Counted from the stretch's first letter, positions 8,972 through 18,748 are shown. The stretch is 24,000 bases of DNA from Piscirickettsiaceae bacterium (GCA_024685995.1 JAIBDY010000008.1:1-24000), one strand, 5' to 3'. Notes: a model not told the origin generated them from the letters alone. A program made the numbers and translations.

Positions 8972-11367
8972 AGCGAGGTCTCTTTTAGACATGGGACAGG
9001 GCCGATATAACTGATCGGATCTTTAAGCGTGGGGTAATCGAATTCGGCGTAGCATGTGCTGTTAGGTAAATCGACACGGATGCGGTTTTTGTCTTGTAAG
9101 TTTTCAAGATAGGTTTCGCCATCAAAGCCTACAAATACTAAGCTATCGGGACGACTTTCTTGGTGTACACGACTCGCGACAGGTAAGGGCTGACCACGAG
9201 CATCGGTTAGCAGCACGATAGCGGCACGCACTTTTTTCACAGAGAATTGTACTAGCGTGCCAGCACGATCGCTTGGGGTTGTTACCTGATCTACGATAGT
9301 GACTTTATTATCAATGGGTAAATCCATAGGGTCAATTGATAGCCGGTTATGTTGCCAAGCGTTGAGTCTAGTCACTAGCAGGTTACCCTTATCATTAGTG
9401 TACCCAATGTTCCGATTTTCCAGTTTAACAGGCACATTGGGAATACCGTTAGTAGACACAACGGCGAAGCTATCATTGATGCGCCGTGAGGCAAAACCTT
9501 GGCGATTCATCCAGACGAGGCCGCCGCTGGCTTGGGCATAACTGGCATGTTGATCTCCGCTGCGAGCTATACCAGCAGCAACACGACCATAATTACCTTG
9601 CCAACTACCTTCTGCCGAGGTGTTGCTCATATTGCCATTATGTCCATTTTGAAGCCGCCAACCGTAACCGCCATCACTGGGCAATGCACGTTGTAGGCTG
9701 GCTTGATAACGGTTTCTGTTTGCATTGCGTTGCACATTACTACTGAATTGATAATGACGGTCAAAACTAAGATTAATGCCAAATTGCAGGTTGCGGTCTG
9801 CACTGTCGTTGAGATTTTGATTATAGGATAGATTGAGGAAAATACCGCGACTAATGCTATTACTCCAGTAGACACCGGCATAGCGCGAGGGTCGCTCATC
9901 ACTATCAGCATAGTCGAAGCGAGTGGCATTGATGCCAACATTCCCAAAACCGACCGCATGCACGCCCGCGAGTATTTGTTCGCTGATTTTCGGTGGTGCG
10001 CTACCATAGCGCGTTGCAACATCACGATAGCTGCCGAAGCTACGCTGGCTGGCGGCCGAAAAATTGAAGTGACTGTTACTCCAACTGTAACGCCAAGCTG
10101 TCTGGTGGCCCTGTGCATTGCCTTCATGACTACGCGAGTGAGCGAGGCTAATCACACCTGCCAATTGTGGTTGCCAGACTACACCGATACCGCCATTCAG
10201 TAAGTCACCCCCCGTTTCAGCATGACTTTCCATGGTGAGTTGGTTAGTCACGCCGTAACGAATACTGCCAGTGGCGACCAGTTCGTTTGCATAAGCAAAG
10301 GAACGGATACCATAGTCTTCATGAACCTTTCCAAGGTTTAATGACCAGTCTGATAGCCCTTCGGCGAGTAACTGTTGCGTACTGTAGAACGGAATATCAA
10401 TCGTGGTGGTGCGGCCAAGTATATCGGTGGTTACCACTTGTGCCAGGCCTGTGCCAGTGATGCCGGGTACGGTTGTGAGTTCAAAGGGACCTACAGGCAC
10501 CTCGGACTGATATCGGCGCATGCCATCGATGTAGAGTTCGACGGAGGAAGGCACCGTGGCTTTGCCGACAAACGAAGCCAGCGGCGAGGTTGTGCGGTAG
10601 GGCTGTAGTCTGAAATTACGACTAAACTGGATACCCCCAAAGCGTAAGGGACGGGTCCAACTCAATCCACCACTGATGGCATCGCCGAGGATGACGCGTG
10701 TTGCATGCTCAGGAAATGACCATTCACCAAAGGTATCCAGTGCCACGGTCTCGTTGTGCCAATCGTTGTTTGCCGTGCGTTGTGCACGAGTGATGGCGCT
10801 ATGGCTAAAGACGCCGCTACCAAACCCAAATAGTCGAAACTCGGTGGCGGCCGACGCTAAACGGTGGTCGCCGTCTTGATTGAGGTAAATATCGTAGTTG
10901 ACTAAGGCGCCTGGCGAGGCCATGGCTGTCGGAGCTGTTTGTGGCATCCCCGCCCAGAGTGTGGTTGTCGGTAGCGACAGTAATGATAATGGCGCGGTGA
11001 GTTGTAACTGTTGGGTGTTGACACGGTACGCTACCTCAAGCCCCGGCAGAGCGCTTAATGCGACGCTATCCTCGGAATCATAATTTTGTAAGGTGAAGCC
11101 TAACTGTCTTAGGTCGCTAACTTGGGCGAACAGCTCATTACCTTGTTGGGTAATAGCCAGCAGCGTCGGCTGGCGCGTTTGATTGAGAATCACTTCTAGA
11201 TATAAAGTGATGGCCTGTTGCTGATTCACATGATCGATGATGGCGTTGGCTGACAGGTAGCGTTCGCCGGAGACCTCTCCAGTTAACAATGCTCCCATCA
11301 GTAACGTTGCTAATCGTCTAGTCCGTCGCAGTAATCGGGACAAGAATACGCTCGACCAATTCACCAT
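8968..11367 (-). CDS. Fimbrial outer membrane usher protein (CsuD/archaic type)
   Basis: About 800 aa with usher motifs VPSSVELYIDGMRRYQSEVPVGPFELTTVPGITGTGLAQVVTTDILGR; PVKLENRNIGYTNDKGNLLVTRLNAWQHNRLSIDPMDLP. Confidence 0.95.
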   Translation of the reverse strand: MVNWSSVFLSRLLRRTRRLATLLMGALLTGEVSGERYLSANAIIDHVNQQQAITLYLEVILNQTRQPTLLAITQQGNELFAQVSDLRQLGFTLQNYDSEDSVALSALPGLEVAYRVNTQQLQLTAPLSLLSLPTTTLWAGMPQTAPTAMASPGALVNYDIYLNQDGDHRLASAATEFRLFGFGSGVFSHSAITRAQRTANNDWHNETVALDTFGEWSFPEHATRVILGDAISGGLSWTRPLRFGGIQFSRNFRLQPYRTTSPLASFVGKATVPSSVELYIDGMRRYQSEVPVGPFELTTVPGITGTGLAQVVTTDILGRTTTIDIPFYSTQQLLAEGLSDWSLNLGKVHEDYGIRSFAYANELVATGSIRYGVTNQLTMESHAETGGDLLNGGIGVVWQPQLAGVISLAHSRSHEGNAQGHQTAWRYSWSNSHFNFSAASQRSFGSYRDVATRYGSAPPKISEQILAGVHAVGFGNVGINATRFDYADSDERPSRYAGVYWSNSISRGIFLNLSYNQNLNDSADRNLQFGINLSFDRHYQFSSNVQRNANRNRYQASLQRALPSDGGYGWRLQNGHNGNMSNTSAEGSWQGNYGRVAAGIARSGDQHASYAQASGGLVWMNRQGFASRRINDSFAVVSTNGIPNVPVKLENRNIGYTNDKGNLLVTRLNAWQHNRLSIDPMDLPIDNKVTIVDQVTTPSDRAGTLVQFSVKKVRAAIVLLTDARGQPLPVASRVHQESRPDSLVFVGFDGETYLENLQDKNRIRVDLPNSTCYAEFDYPTLKDPISYIGPVPCLKETSL

Positions 11368-12100
11368 TTATCCTTGCCGTAAATGTGCCACCACTGCCCA
11401 GTTTTAGGCCGTCTGGCAGTAGCCATTGTCGTTGCTGATTGGGTAGTACATAACCTGAAAGCCCGGGCGCGATGTTTATGCGTTGTTCGCCCTGCTGCCA
11501 ACTAAGGTCGGCAATCTGGGCGTGACTGTTGCCTTCATTACGGATGTGCAGAAAGTGACTGTCGTTGTCTTTGGTTAAGCGCGTATTCAAGATCGGCTCA
11601 ATAGTAATGTGATTTGGCGGTGTGAGAAAGACGGGGATGGAATAACGCAGTCGAAACTGTAGACCATCGGCTGGGGTATTGTCTGTTGTATCTAAAGGCA
11701 CCGGGACTTCATCGATGAGGATCCGATAACTGCGTTCGGTGGTGGTTGGCGGCTGGCCGTTACGGACTATCCGTACTAGTTGCTGAACATTGGGCGCCAG
11801 TTGCAACATTGGTGGGCTAGCGACAATAGCCTGACTAGGCAGCAATTGATCTTCTCCATCTTGTTGCCGCCATTCAAATACACGAACTTGAGCATATACA
11901 GTCGCTTTACCAGTGTTGATTAGCGTGAGTCCAGCGGCGTTACGTTCTGAGGCAACAAAAATTTGGGTGGGGGAGACCTGCATGCTGGCTTGACTGAGAG
12001 AGCAAACTAACATCAAAAGCGGTAGTGTTATCCTCGTCAGTAACCGCTTTAGCGTGGTGTTGAGTCGTAACTTTATCACCGCAACACTCATCATTACCAA
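11318..12100 (-). CDS. Periplasmic fimbrial chaperone (PapD-like, CsuC type)
   Basis: VSPTQIFVASERNAAGLTLINTGKATVYAQVRVFEW, APNVQQLVRIVRNGQPPTTTERSYRILIDEVP. The exact start is uncertain. Confidence 0.93.
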   Translation of the reverse strand: MVMMSVAVIKLRLNTTLKRLLTRITLPLLMLVCSLSQASMQVSPTQIFVASERNAAGLTLINTGKATVYAQVRVFEWRQQDGEDQLLPSQAIVASPPMLQLAPNVQQLVRIVRNGQPPTTTERSYRILIDEVPVPLDTTDNTPADGLQFRLRYSIPVFLTPPNHITIEPILNTRLTKDNDSHFLHIRNEGNSHAQIADLSWQQGEQRINIAPGLSGYVLPNQQRQWLLPDGLKLGSGGTFTARINGELVERILVPITATD

Positions 12101-12609
12101 GTGATAGTGGCGGTGACGGTATCTTTATAATCCTGCGCGGGCGCGCTAGCACTAGGGACTTGGGCATAAATAGAGTGATTTTGTATTGCACCACTGCCAG
12201 TGAGACCGCCTTTAACAGAGCCAAAGGTCGTGTCGTCACCCCACAGCGTTGTGTAGGTATCAGAGTAGAGCTCGTAGGCGACAAAGTTGGTATTGACGGT
12301 TTGACCAATCATGCGCCGAGAGGTCGCGTCTGCATTTGCGCCGCTATTCAATGCGACGGTGTATGCCGTACCTTGCGTGCAGGTAACGTCAATAGAGGCG
12401 CTGCTGACCTGAATATTGGTTGCTGAGGAAGCTTGACTACCAAACACAACATTACCATCAGTCGAAGTGTCAATGCTACAGCTTGATGTGATCGTAATAG
12501 TGACATCAAAGTTACCGGTATCACTACCGGCAAAAACCAGTGGTGCGAAACCAAAGATCGATACTTTGGCAAGAACCTTAAGAAGGGTGTAAGGATTAAA
12601 ATAGTGCAT
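12094..12609 (-). CDS. SCPU-domain major pilin (CsuA/B-like)
   Basis: Signal peptide followed by TITSSCSIDTSTDGNVVFGS ... QNHSIYAQVPSASAPAQDYKDTVTATITW. The ORF track start at 12639 is a TTG; ATG at 12609 (MHYFNPYTLLKV) is more likely. Confidence 0.9.
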   Translation of the reverse strand: MHYFNPYTLLKVLAKVSIFGFAPLVFAGSDTGNFDVTITITSSCSIDTSTDGNVVFGSQASSATNIQVSSASIDVTCTQGTAYTVALNSGANADATSRRMIGQTVNTNFVAYELYSDTYTTLWGDDTTFGSVKGGLTGSGAIQNHSIYAQVPSASAPAQDYKDTVTATITW

Positions 12610-12922
12610 AATATTTGTTTTTCCATCCTGGTGTGACAATTATATGACAGCGCACTAAGCTATAGGATTATCTGTTTGTTGACAAGATCTTACCGGTGGA
12701 TTACGGCAAAAAATGTGAACGGTCGCCCATTATTTGTCCTTGCTGAATGCCACTGGATCGTTCGTATGTACGGTGTGACGGTCTAAAATGGTGCAATAAT
12801 CAAGTTGAATGCCGTAATGGTTAATTGTCGAAATAGAACAGGCCACAAAGGGGGGGGCAATATGATCGCTTTGCGATGCCTCGCCTATACCGAAGATGGC
12901 TGTTGATGAAATGTGCGCGATA

Positions 12923-13822
12923 CTAAGAGCCGGAAAATAAAACCGTATTGGCGGTCTCGATCACTTCTGAAACGATCGGGTTGTTGATTTTCTTTTCGAC
13001 GGAAATAGCGTAGAAATTCTCTGACAGCGCCTCGGTCTGACCGATAAACTCGACATCATTTTGTTGCATCATGGCCGCTTTAATAACCGTCGGTGCGATA
13101 TATATCCCGACACCTTCTTGGCCAAAGGCTTTCATCAGTGCGCTGTCATCAAATTCTGCCACGATATGGGGTTGGAGGCGGTTATGGCTCAGCCATTGTT
13201 CAATATCTAACCGTAGTTGGCTGCCACTATTAGGTAGCAATAATGGGGCGCCATTGAGGCATTGTGGAAAGTCACCAGACAGGCGTTTTTTTATCGCCTT
13301 AGTCGCAAAAAAACTAATCGATGAGTGTCCGAGCTTATGGCTAAAGCCTCGGGTGCTGACATTGGGTGGAATGGGCCGATCCGCAATCACTAAATCAAGT
13401 CGATGGAGCGTCAAGTCTGCGAGTAAAGTGTCGATGTCGGCTTCACGGCAAACTAATCTGGTGGCATTAGGCATTTTGAGTGCAGGGAGTAAAATTTGAT
13501 GAGCGATTAATTTCGGCACAACATCAACCACGCCGACTTTAAATAAAAGTGGTTGGATGTTTGGTTGATATTGCATCATTTGTTCTAGTTCATTGCCTAG
13601 CGAAAATATTTCATCGGCATAGCTCAACACCTGTTGGCCAATAGGGGACAATTCTAGATTACGCCCAACTTTCTTGAATAAGGCGACGCCGTAATAGTCT
13701 TCGAGCAGACTCAGTTGACCGCTAATGGTTTGTGGTGTGATATGTAGGCGTTCGCTGGCCCGAGCGATACTGCCTTCTTTCGCGACCGTCCAAAAGTAAT
13801 GTAGGTGCTTGTAATTGACCAT
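12923..13822 (-). CDS. nhaR: LysR-family transcriptional activator NhaR
   Basis: MVNYKHLHYFWTVAKEGSIARASERLHITPQTISGQLSLLEDYYGVALFKKVGRNLELSPIG; ATG at 13822 preferred over the upstream ORF start at 13849. Confidence 0.88.
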   Translation of the reverse strand: MVNYKHLHYFWTVAKEGSIARASERLHITPQTISGQLSLLEDYYGVALFKKVGRNLELSPIGQQVLSYADEIFSLGNELEQMMQYQPNIQPLLFKVGVVDVVPKLIAHQILLPALKMPNATRLVCREADIDTLLADLTLHRLDLVIADRPIPPNVSTRGFSHKLGHSSISFFATKAIKKRLSGDFPQCLNGAPLLLPNSGSQLRLDIEQWLSHNRLQPHIVAEFDDSALMKAFGQEGVGIYIAPTVIKAAMMQQNDVEFIGQTEALSENFYAISVEKKINNPIVSEVIETANTVLFSGS

Positions 13823-13935
13823 GAAAAATACCTCGGTTTTTACGATCAATATATATAAAAAATTCGACTTTTACTAATGTTTAGGCTGTTTTATTCTGAG
13901 CATCGTAACACTCAAAATTCATTAAGGAGACGGTT

Positions 13936-14292
13936 ATGCAAGTTGATATACAAGCAAGATCTTTTACTTTGACGAAAGCGTTGAAAAGTTATGTTGAGAA
14001 AAAACTACAATTAGCATTATCAGGTTATGGCCGACATCGTCACTTCAAACGGGCAGTTATCAGATTGTCTGATGTTAATGGACCACGAGGTGGGGAAGAT
14101 AAACTATGCCACATCCAAGTGATGTTAGCTGGGGTACCGGATATTGTTATTAAAGATACAGAACACGATATGTATGCAGCGATAGATCGTGCAACACAAC
14201 GAGCAGGTAATGCCATTGTGCGTCGATTTGACCGTCAACGTAGGCGAGCCAGAAACCATTCACAACACACAGGGCAACACATCGTTGCCTAA
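13936..14292 (+). CDS. HPF/RaiA-family ribosome-associated protein (short form)
   Basis: 118 aa; MQVDIQARSFTLTKALKSYVEKKLQLAL ... HIQVMLAGVPDIVIKDTEHDMYAAIDRATQRAGNAIVRR; divergent from nhaR. Confidence 0.8.
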   Translation: MQVDIQARSFTLTKALKSYVEKKLQLALSGYGRHRHFKRAVIRLSDVNGPRGGEDKLCHIQVMLAGVPDIVIKDTEHDMYAAIDRATQRAGNAIVRRFDRQRRRARNHSQHTGQHIVA

Positions 14293-14310
14293 GCTAAAGA
14301 GGAGTCAGTC

Positions 14311-14979
14311 ATGGCTATTTCAAGCAAGACACAGCCAAATCAATCAGTATCAACCCTAGCCACTAATGGCGTACTTCGCAATACTTATATATTGTTATCA
14401 ATGACATTGACATTCAGTGCGTTAACGGCTGGTGTAGCGATGGTCTTTAATCTGCCTCACCCAGGTTTAATAGTGACCTTGATTGGCTATTTTGGCTTAT
14501 TGTTTTTGGTGTCCAAATACCAGAATAGCGCCACAGGGTTGGCATTAGTGTTTGCCTTAACCGGCTTTATGGGCTACACGCTGGGACCGATAATCAATAG
14601 TTATCTATCTTTACCCAACGGTAACCAAATTGTGATGACGGCCATGGCTGGCACCGGTGCTATATTTCTAGTGTTGTCTTTTTACGCCACAACGACACGT
14701 AAAGATTTTAGCTTTATGGGCGCATTTTTGATGGTCGGTATTCTCGTTGGCTTTTTAGCGGGTTTGGCGGCTATCTTCTTCGAGATGCCGGGCTTGTCGT
14801 TAGCGGTGTCCGCGATGTTTGTTTTATTGATGGCTGGCTTAATTTTATATGAAACCAGCAATATTATTCATGGCGGTGAAACTAACTATATTATGGCGAC
14901 AGTCACTTTATATGTGGCCATATTTAACCTTTTCACCAGCTTGCTACATTTATTAGGCTTTATGGGGGATGGTGAATAA
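14311..14979 (+). CDS. Bax inhibitor-1/YccA family membrane protein
   Basis: Seven-TM protein of 222 aa; ILYETSNIIHGGETNYIMATVTLYVAIFNLFTSLLHLLGF is the family C-terminal signature. Confidence 0.93.
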   Translation: MAISSKTQPNQSVSTLATNGVLRNTYILLSMTLTFSALTAGVAMVFNLPHPGLIVTLIGYFGLLFLVSKYQNSATGLALVFALTGFMGYTLGPIINSYLSLPNGNQIVMTAMAGTGAIFLVLSFYATTTRKDFSFMGAFLMVGILVGFLAGLAAIFFEMPGLSLAVSAMFVLLMAGLILYETSNIIHGGETNYIMATVTLYVAIFNLFTSLLHLLGFMGDGE

Positions 14980-15018
14980 GTCCGCCTCCATAGCACCTAA
15001 CGTCGAATATAAACCCTG

Positions 15019-15050
15019 ATCCCAGTAGCGACTGCTACTGGGATTTTTTT
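15019..15050 (+). terminator. Intrinsic terminator after the yccA-like gene
   Basis: ATCCCAGTAGC-GACT-GCTACTGGGAT perfect 11-bp stem running into a T tract. Confidence 0.92.
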
Positions 15051-15178
15051 GTTATAAGCGATGAATTAGAGACGACGACAAGGATGGCTTTATCTACCAT
15101 CGCTTAAGGTATGCTGAAGACTAGAAACTAGTGGAGATTGGCTGGGTCAAATAAAATACGGCGTAGGGGATATCTAAA

Positions 15179-15940
15179 TTGGCGATGGCAGACAGCGATA
15201 ACAAACTGGCTTGGATTACCGGAGGAGGCTCAGGGATTGGTAAGGCATTGGCTTTAGCTTTAGATCAGCAAGGCTGGCAAGTTGTCATATCAGGTAGAAC
15301 AGAGCCAAAGCTGCAAGCCGTTGCAGAGCAAGGTCGGCATATCGTCTATTTATTACTAGACGTGACAGACAGAGCGCAAAATCTAGCAGTATTTAATACC
15401 TTATGCGAACAATATGGCTTGCCCAATTTAGTGGTTTTAAACGCTGGAGACTATACCCCAATGCCCGCCGAGGCCTTCGACCTTGACTTGATTTATCGGT
15501 TGAACCAAGTGAATTATTTGGGGGTGATGAATGGTTTAGCGTCGGTTTTACCTGCGATGACTGCACGACAATCAGGACAAATATTACTGATGTCGAGTGT
15601 GGCGGGTTACCGGGGCTTACCCGATGCGGCACCTTATGGGGCGACGAAAGCGGCTTTAATCAATTTTGCCGAGTCTTTGCATAGGCCTCTGAAAGCACAA
15701 GGTGTTATGTTGAGAGTGGTAAACCCCGGATTTGTCACAACACAATTAACAGCGCAAAATAGTTTTAAAATGCCAGCGCAAATAACGACAACAGAAGCCG
15801 CCAAGAGAATAGTACAAGGTCTTGATAGTGATAGCTTTGAAATGACATTTCCGAAGCGCTTTACCTATGTTTTAAAAGTATTACGTTGCTTACCTTATCG
15901 GCTTTATTTCTTTTTGATCGGCAAAATAACGGGCAAATAG
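15179..15940 (+). CDS. Short-chain dehydrogenase/reductase
   Basis: Rossmann motif TGGGSGIGKALA, NAG motif (VLNAGDY), YxxxK (YGATKAAL). The 15179 start is TTG; ATG at 15185 is also possible. Confidence 0.93.
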   Translation: MAMADSDNKLAWITGGGSGIGKALALALDQQGWQVVISGRTEPKLQAVAEQGRHIVYLLLDVTDRAQNLAVFNTLCEQYGLPNLVVLNAGDYTPMPAEAFDLDLIYRLNQVNYLGVMNGLASVLPAMTARQSGQILLMSSVAGYRGLPDAAPYGATKAALINFAESLHRPLKAQGVMLRVVNPGFVTTQLTAQNSFKMPAQITTTEAAKRIVQGLDSDSFEMTFPKRFTYVLKVLRCLPYRLYFFLIGKITGK

Positions 15941-16363
15941 ATGGCTTCACAACAGACATTGGATGCCTACGTCGCTTTTTTTGAGCATATGACAAGGGAA
16001 GACCTAACGAGACTGCCAGAATTTTTTAACCAGCAAGCGCATTTTAAAGATCCGTTTAATGATGTGTATGGGCTTGAACGGATCAGTACGATCTTTCATC
16101 ATATGTTCGACACATTAACAGTCCCTAAGTTTGTTATTGAAGAAGCGGTGTTGAACGCTGATGTGGCCTATATTAAGTGGCAATTCACCGGTATCTTCAA
16201 AGCCAAGCCTATAGAGTTAATTGGTGTTAGCCGGGTTGTGTTTGATCCGCAAGACTTAGTCTCAGAGCATATTGACTATTGGGATGCCAGCGAACAGTTT
16301 TACATGAAACTGCCCATTATTGGCAGCCTGTTACGTTTTATACAAGGCCAAGCTGCAAGCTAA
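15941..16363 (+). CDS. Nuclear transport factor 2 / SnoaL-like family protein
   Basis: 140 aa with an NTF2-like pattern (FFEHMTREDLTRLPEFFNQQAHFKDPFNDVYGLERISTIFHHMF...EHIDYWDASEQFYMKLPIIG); starts immediately after the SDR stop. Confidence 0.82.
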   Translation: MASQQTLDAYVAFFEHMTREDLTRLPEFFNQQAHFKDPFNDVYGLERISTIFHHMFDTLTVPKFVIEEAVLNADVAYIKWQFTGIFKAKPIELIGVSRVVFDPQDLVSEHIDYWDASEQFYMKLPIIGSLLRFIQGQAAS

Positions 16364-16921
16364 TTACCAATCGAGTAAGTCAGATCTAAGCGCATCAGAT
16401 AAAGGGTTCTCTGCTAACCATAAACCGACATAGTAGCGGGCAAAATCGATGTTGGGATGTTGATAAAGCAATTCATCATTAAATAACAAAGCAAGCCCCT
16501 TATCAGGATGAATATCGAGACGAAAACGATCCCCTTCGCTGACGTCTTGGTAAAAGGCATGCAAGGCGGCGACATCATTTTGATATAAGGCGCGTTGTTG
16601 CGGCGAATGCTGGCGGCCCAGCGCCACATCAGCGCCTTCAATCAATTGTGCTTTTGACAAGGAGACTCGGTAACGGATTTCAAGCGAAAAAGGCCGTTCA
16701 TCGTCTAGTAGTCGAGACGACTGTGCCCGAGATTCGGCATAGAGCGCAGCATTATAGACCTTGATAAAAATTAACCATGTTGCGGTCGCAGTGGACTTTA
16801 ACTCAAGCTCGCCCCGGATCGGCGGGAAGTCAGGATGGGCAATGGGCATTGCCACGCTAACGCTGAGATTAAACAGCAATGACCACAGGATCCCAATAAG
16901 AATACGGTGTTTTATCATCAT
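16364..16921 (-). CDS. Chalcone isomerase-like domain protein
   Basis: ATATWLIFIKVYNAALYAESRAQSS ... LSKAQLIEGADVALGR ... GLALLFNDELLYQHPNIDFARYYVGLWLAENPLSDALRSDLL; signal peptide; overlaps the upstream gene. Confidence 0.8.
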   Translation of the reverse strand: MMIKHRILIGILWSLLFNLSVSVAMPIAHPDFPPIRGELELKSTATATWLIFIKVYNAALYAESRAQSSRLLDDERPFSLEIRYRVSLSKAQLIEGADVALGRQHSPQQRALYQNDVAALHAFYQDVSEGDRFRLDIHPDKGLALLFNDELLYQHPNIDFARYYVGLWLAENPLSDALRSDLLDW

Positions 16922-17442
16922 TTTTTTTGGAAAACCAGCGTGACTTCACCTAAAAAGAAGCCAAATTTAGTCATTTTAGCGCGATTGATTAATACGCCAT
17001 CTTTCTGCAAAAACATCCAATCATCGAATTGCACTTGCACGGTACCATCTTGATAAGGCAAATTGAGTGTATAGGCCCAGTTCAAGGCATTGCCATAAGC
17101 GCGGCCTGTGGCATGACCAATTACATCCGCCGCTCGACCTTCATAATGATGTGCATCGATCTTGTTGATGGTCCATACACGTCGATCTAGGGTGCCATCG
17201 GCATAGACAAAGTCTTCTTCTAACACGAGGTTGCCTGCAACCATTTTTCCTAAGATCTCGACGGTAAACTGGCGTTCAACTTGACCTTTGCGGTTTTGAA
17301 ATATGCCCCAAGCACGAGTGTGACCAAGAAAGTAGTCCTCAATAACGAAATGGGGTGTCTTGTTTTGATATTGCTCGACAGACATATTACTGCAGCCAGA
17401 AAAAGTAAGGAGTGATAATAGAATTAAGAGGCTTTTTGTCAT
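16918..17442 (-). CDS. DUF3833 family lipoprotein
   Basis: MTKSLLILLSLLTFSGCSNMSVEQYQ (lipobox FSGC), FFLGHTRAWGIFQNRKGQVERQFTVEI...DGTLDRRVWTI; ATG at 17442 overlaps the MFS stop (ATGA). Confidence 0.85.
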   Translation of the reverse strand: MTKSLLILLSLLTFSGCSNMSVEQYQNKTPHFVIEDYFLGHTRAWGIFQNRKGQVERQFTVEILGKMVAGNLVLEEDFVYADGTLDRRVWTINKIDAHHYEGRAADVIGHATGRAYGNALNWAYTLNLPYQDGTVQVQFDDWMFLQKDGVLINRAKMTKFGFFLGEVTLVFQKK

Positions 17443-18746
17443 GGCAAGGTTCCTCTGTTGAGTTGTTGGCGTAGGAGCTGGTGTTGCTTGCGGTCTAATG
17501 GAAAACGCCATATCGTCCAAGCAGCCACAAGTTTAAAAGGAATTGGCAACAGTCCGTAAAGTACAGATAGCGCCCATAAATTATTATCAGCGGGAACGGT
17601 GTGGGTATCAAAGCCCAACAGCGTTAATAAGGGAAAAGCAATACCAACAGCCAAGGCTAGCGATAATTTCGTTGCCATCCCCCAAAGACCAAAGAAAAAG
17701 CCACTGCGTTGTCCACCGCCTTCGCGACTATCAAGATCAATGACATCGGCTTGAATCGATGCCGGTAATGCCATGTCGATGCCGAGGCTAAGACCAGACA
17801 AAATGCAGATAATCAGGAAAGGCATAAAGTCACCAGCCCCTAAGGTCGGTACCCAACAAAAAATAGCGACTGCCCATAACATGGATACCCCCCAAATACG
17901 GTGTTTGTTAAAGCGTTGAGACAGCTTTACGCCGATAGGGAGACCAATTAAGCCACTGACAAAATAAGCCGACAGCAATAAGCCAAATTGCTCGGGTATG
18001 GCGAGAACATAGCTGACAAATAGTAAAAATAAGGTGGCCGGTAGGCCGTTAGCGATGCCATTCATAAAATAAGCAAACAATAACCGAGTGAACAGACGAT
18101 TTTGTTTTAACAAGGTCAAACCAGCTTGAAAAGCGATAGGATCAGAACGCCGATTAGACTCCGGCACATTGAGCAAACAAAGTAGGACGGTAGCGGGGAG
18201 TAAAAAAACCAAAAACTGCGCCAGAACGATCAGCGCTTCACCGGGCGCATCACTGCTGATCCCCATGGCTAAAGGTAAGCCGGCAGCGAATAGTGTGCCG
18301 ATTAAGATAAAGCTTTCACGACTGGCTGTAATTGTACTACGCTGATCATAATCGTTCGATAACTCTGCACCCCAAGCGGTATAGGGTAAAGTGAGTAGGC
18401 TCCAGGCTAAATAAACCAATAAGCTCCAGCATAATAGCCAATAAAAGCCACTGCCTTCTGGCGGGATGAAAAGTGCCAAAATGGCCATAATTAACATCGG
18501 GGTCGCTATGGCCATCAACCATTTTCGTCGCGATGGTAATGGTAACCAATCAGACAATAATCCAATCAAGGGGTCAGTGATGACATCACTGACCCGTGCA
18601 ATCAATAGGGCTGTTCCCACAGCAGCAAGACCAAGACCGAACTGCTCGGCATAAAAAGTGGGCAAGTAGATATAAAGCGGTAACCCTAAAGCGGCCAGTG
18701 GCAGTCCGGGCAAACCATAAAACCAATAGCGACGACTAGCTGACAT
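17439..18746 (-). CDS. MFS / GPH-type transporter
   Basis: About 12 TM segments; RVSDVITDPLIGLLSDW and WAIFCWVPTLGAG; 435 aa. Confidence 0.9.
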   Translation of the reverse strand: MSASRRYWFYGLPGLPLAALGLPLYIYLPTFYAEQFGLGLAAVGTALLIARVSDVITDPLIGLLSDWLPLPSRRKWLMAIATPMLIMAILALFIPPEGSGFYWLLCWSLLVYLAWSLLTLPYTAWGAELSNDYDQRSTITASRESFILIGTLFAAGLPLAMGISSDAPGEALIVLAQFLVFLLPATVLLCLLNVPESNRRSDPIAFQAGLTLLKQNRLFTRLLFAYFMNGIANGLPATLFLLFVSYVLAIPEQFGLLLSAYFVSGLIGLPIGVKLSQRFNKHRIWGVSMLWAVAIFCWVPTLGAGDFMPFLIICILSGLSLGIDMALPASIQADVIDLDSREGGGQRSGFFFGLWGMATKLSLALAVGIAFPLLTLLGFDTHTVPADNNLWALSVLYGLLPIPFKLVAAWTIWRFPLDRKQHQLLRQQLNRGTLP

Positions 18747-18748
18747 TG

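Noticed and set aside
9299-11083. Numerous plus-strand and alternate-frame ORFs (e.g. 9299-9541, 9486-9746, 9627-10127, 9958-10203, 10375-10608, 10676-10879)
   Set aside because: They lie antisense to, or in another frame within, the well supported usher gene and have low-complexity non-protein-like composition.
13071-13499. 142-aa plus-strand ORF
   Set aside because: Antisense to nhaR; the LysR assignment is clear.
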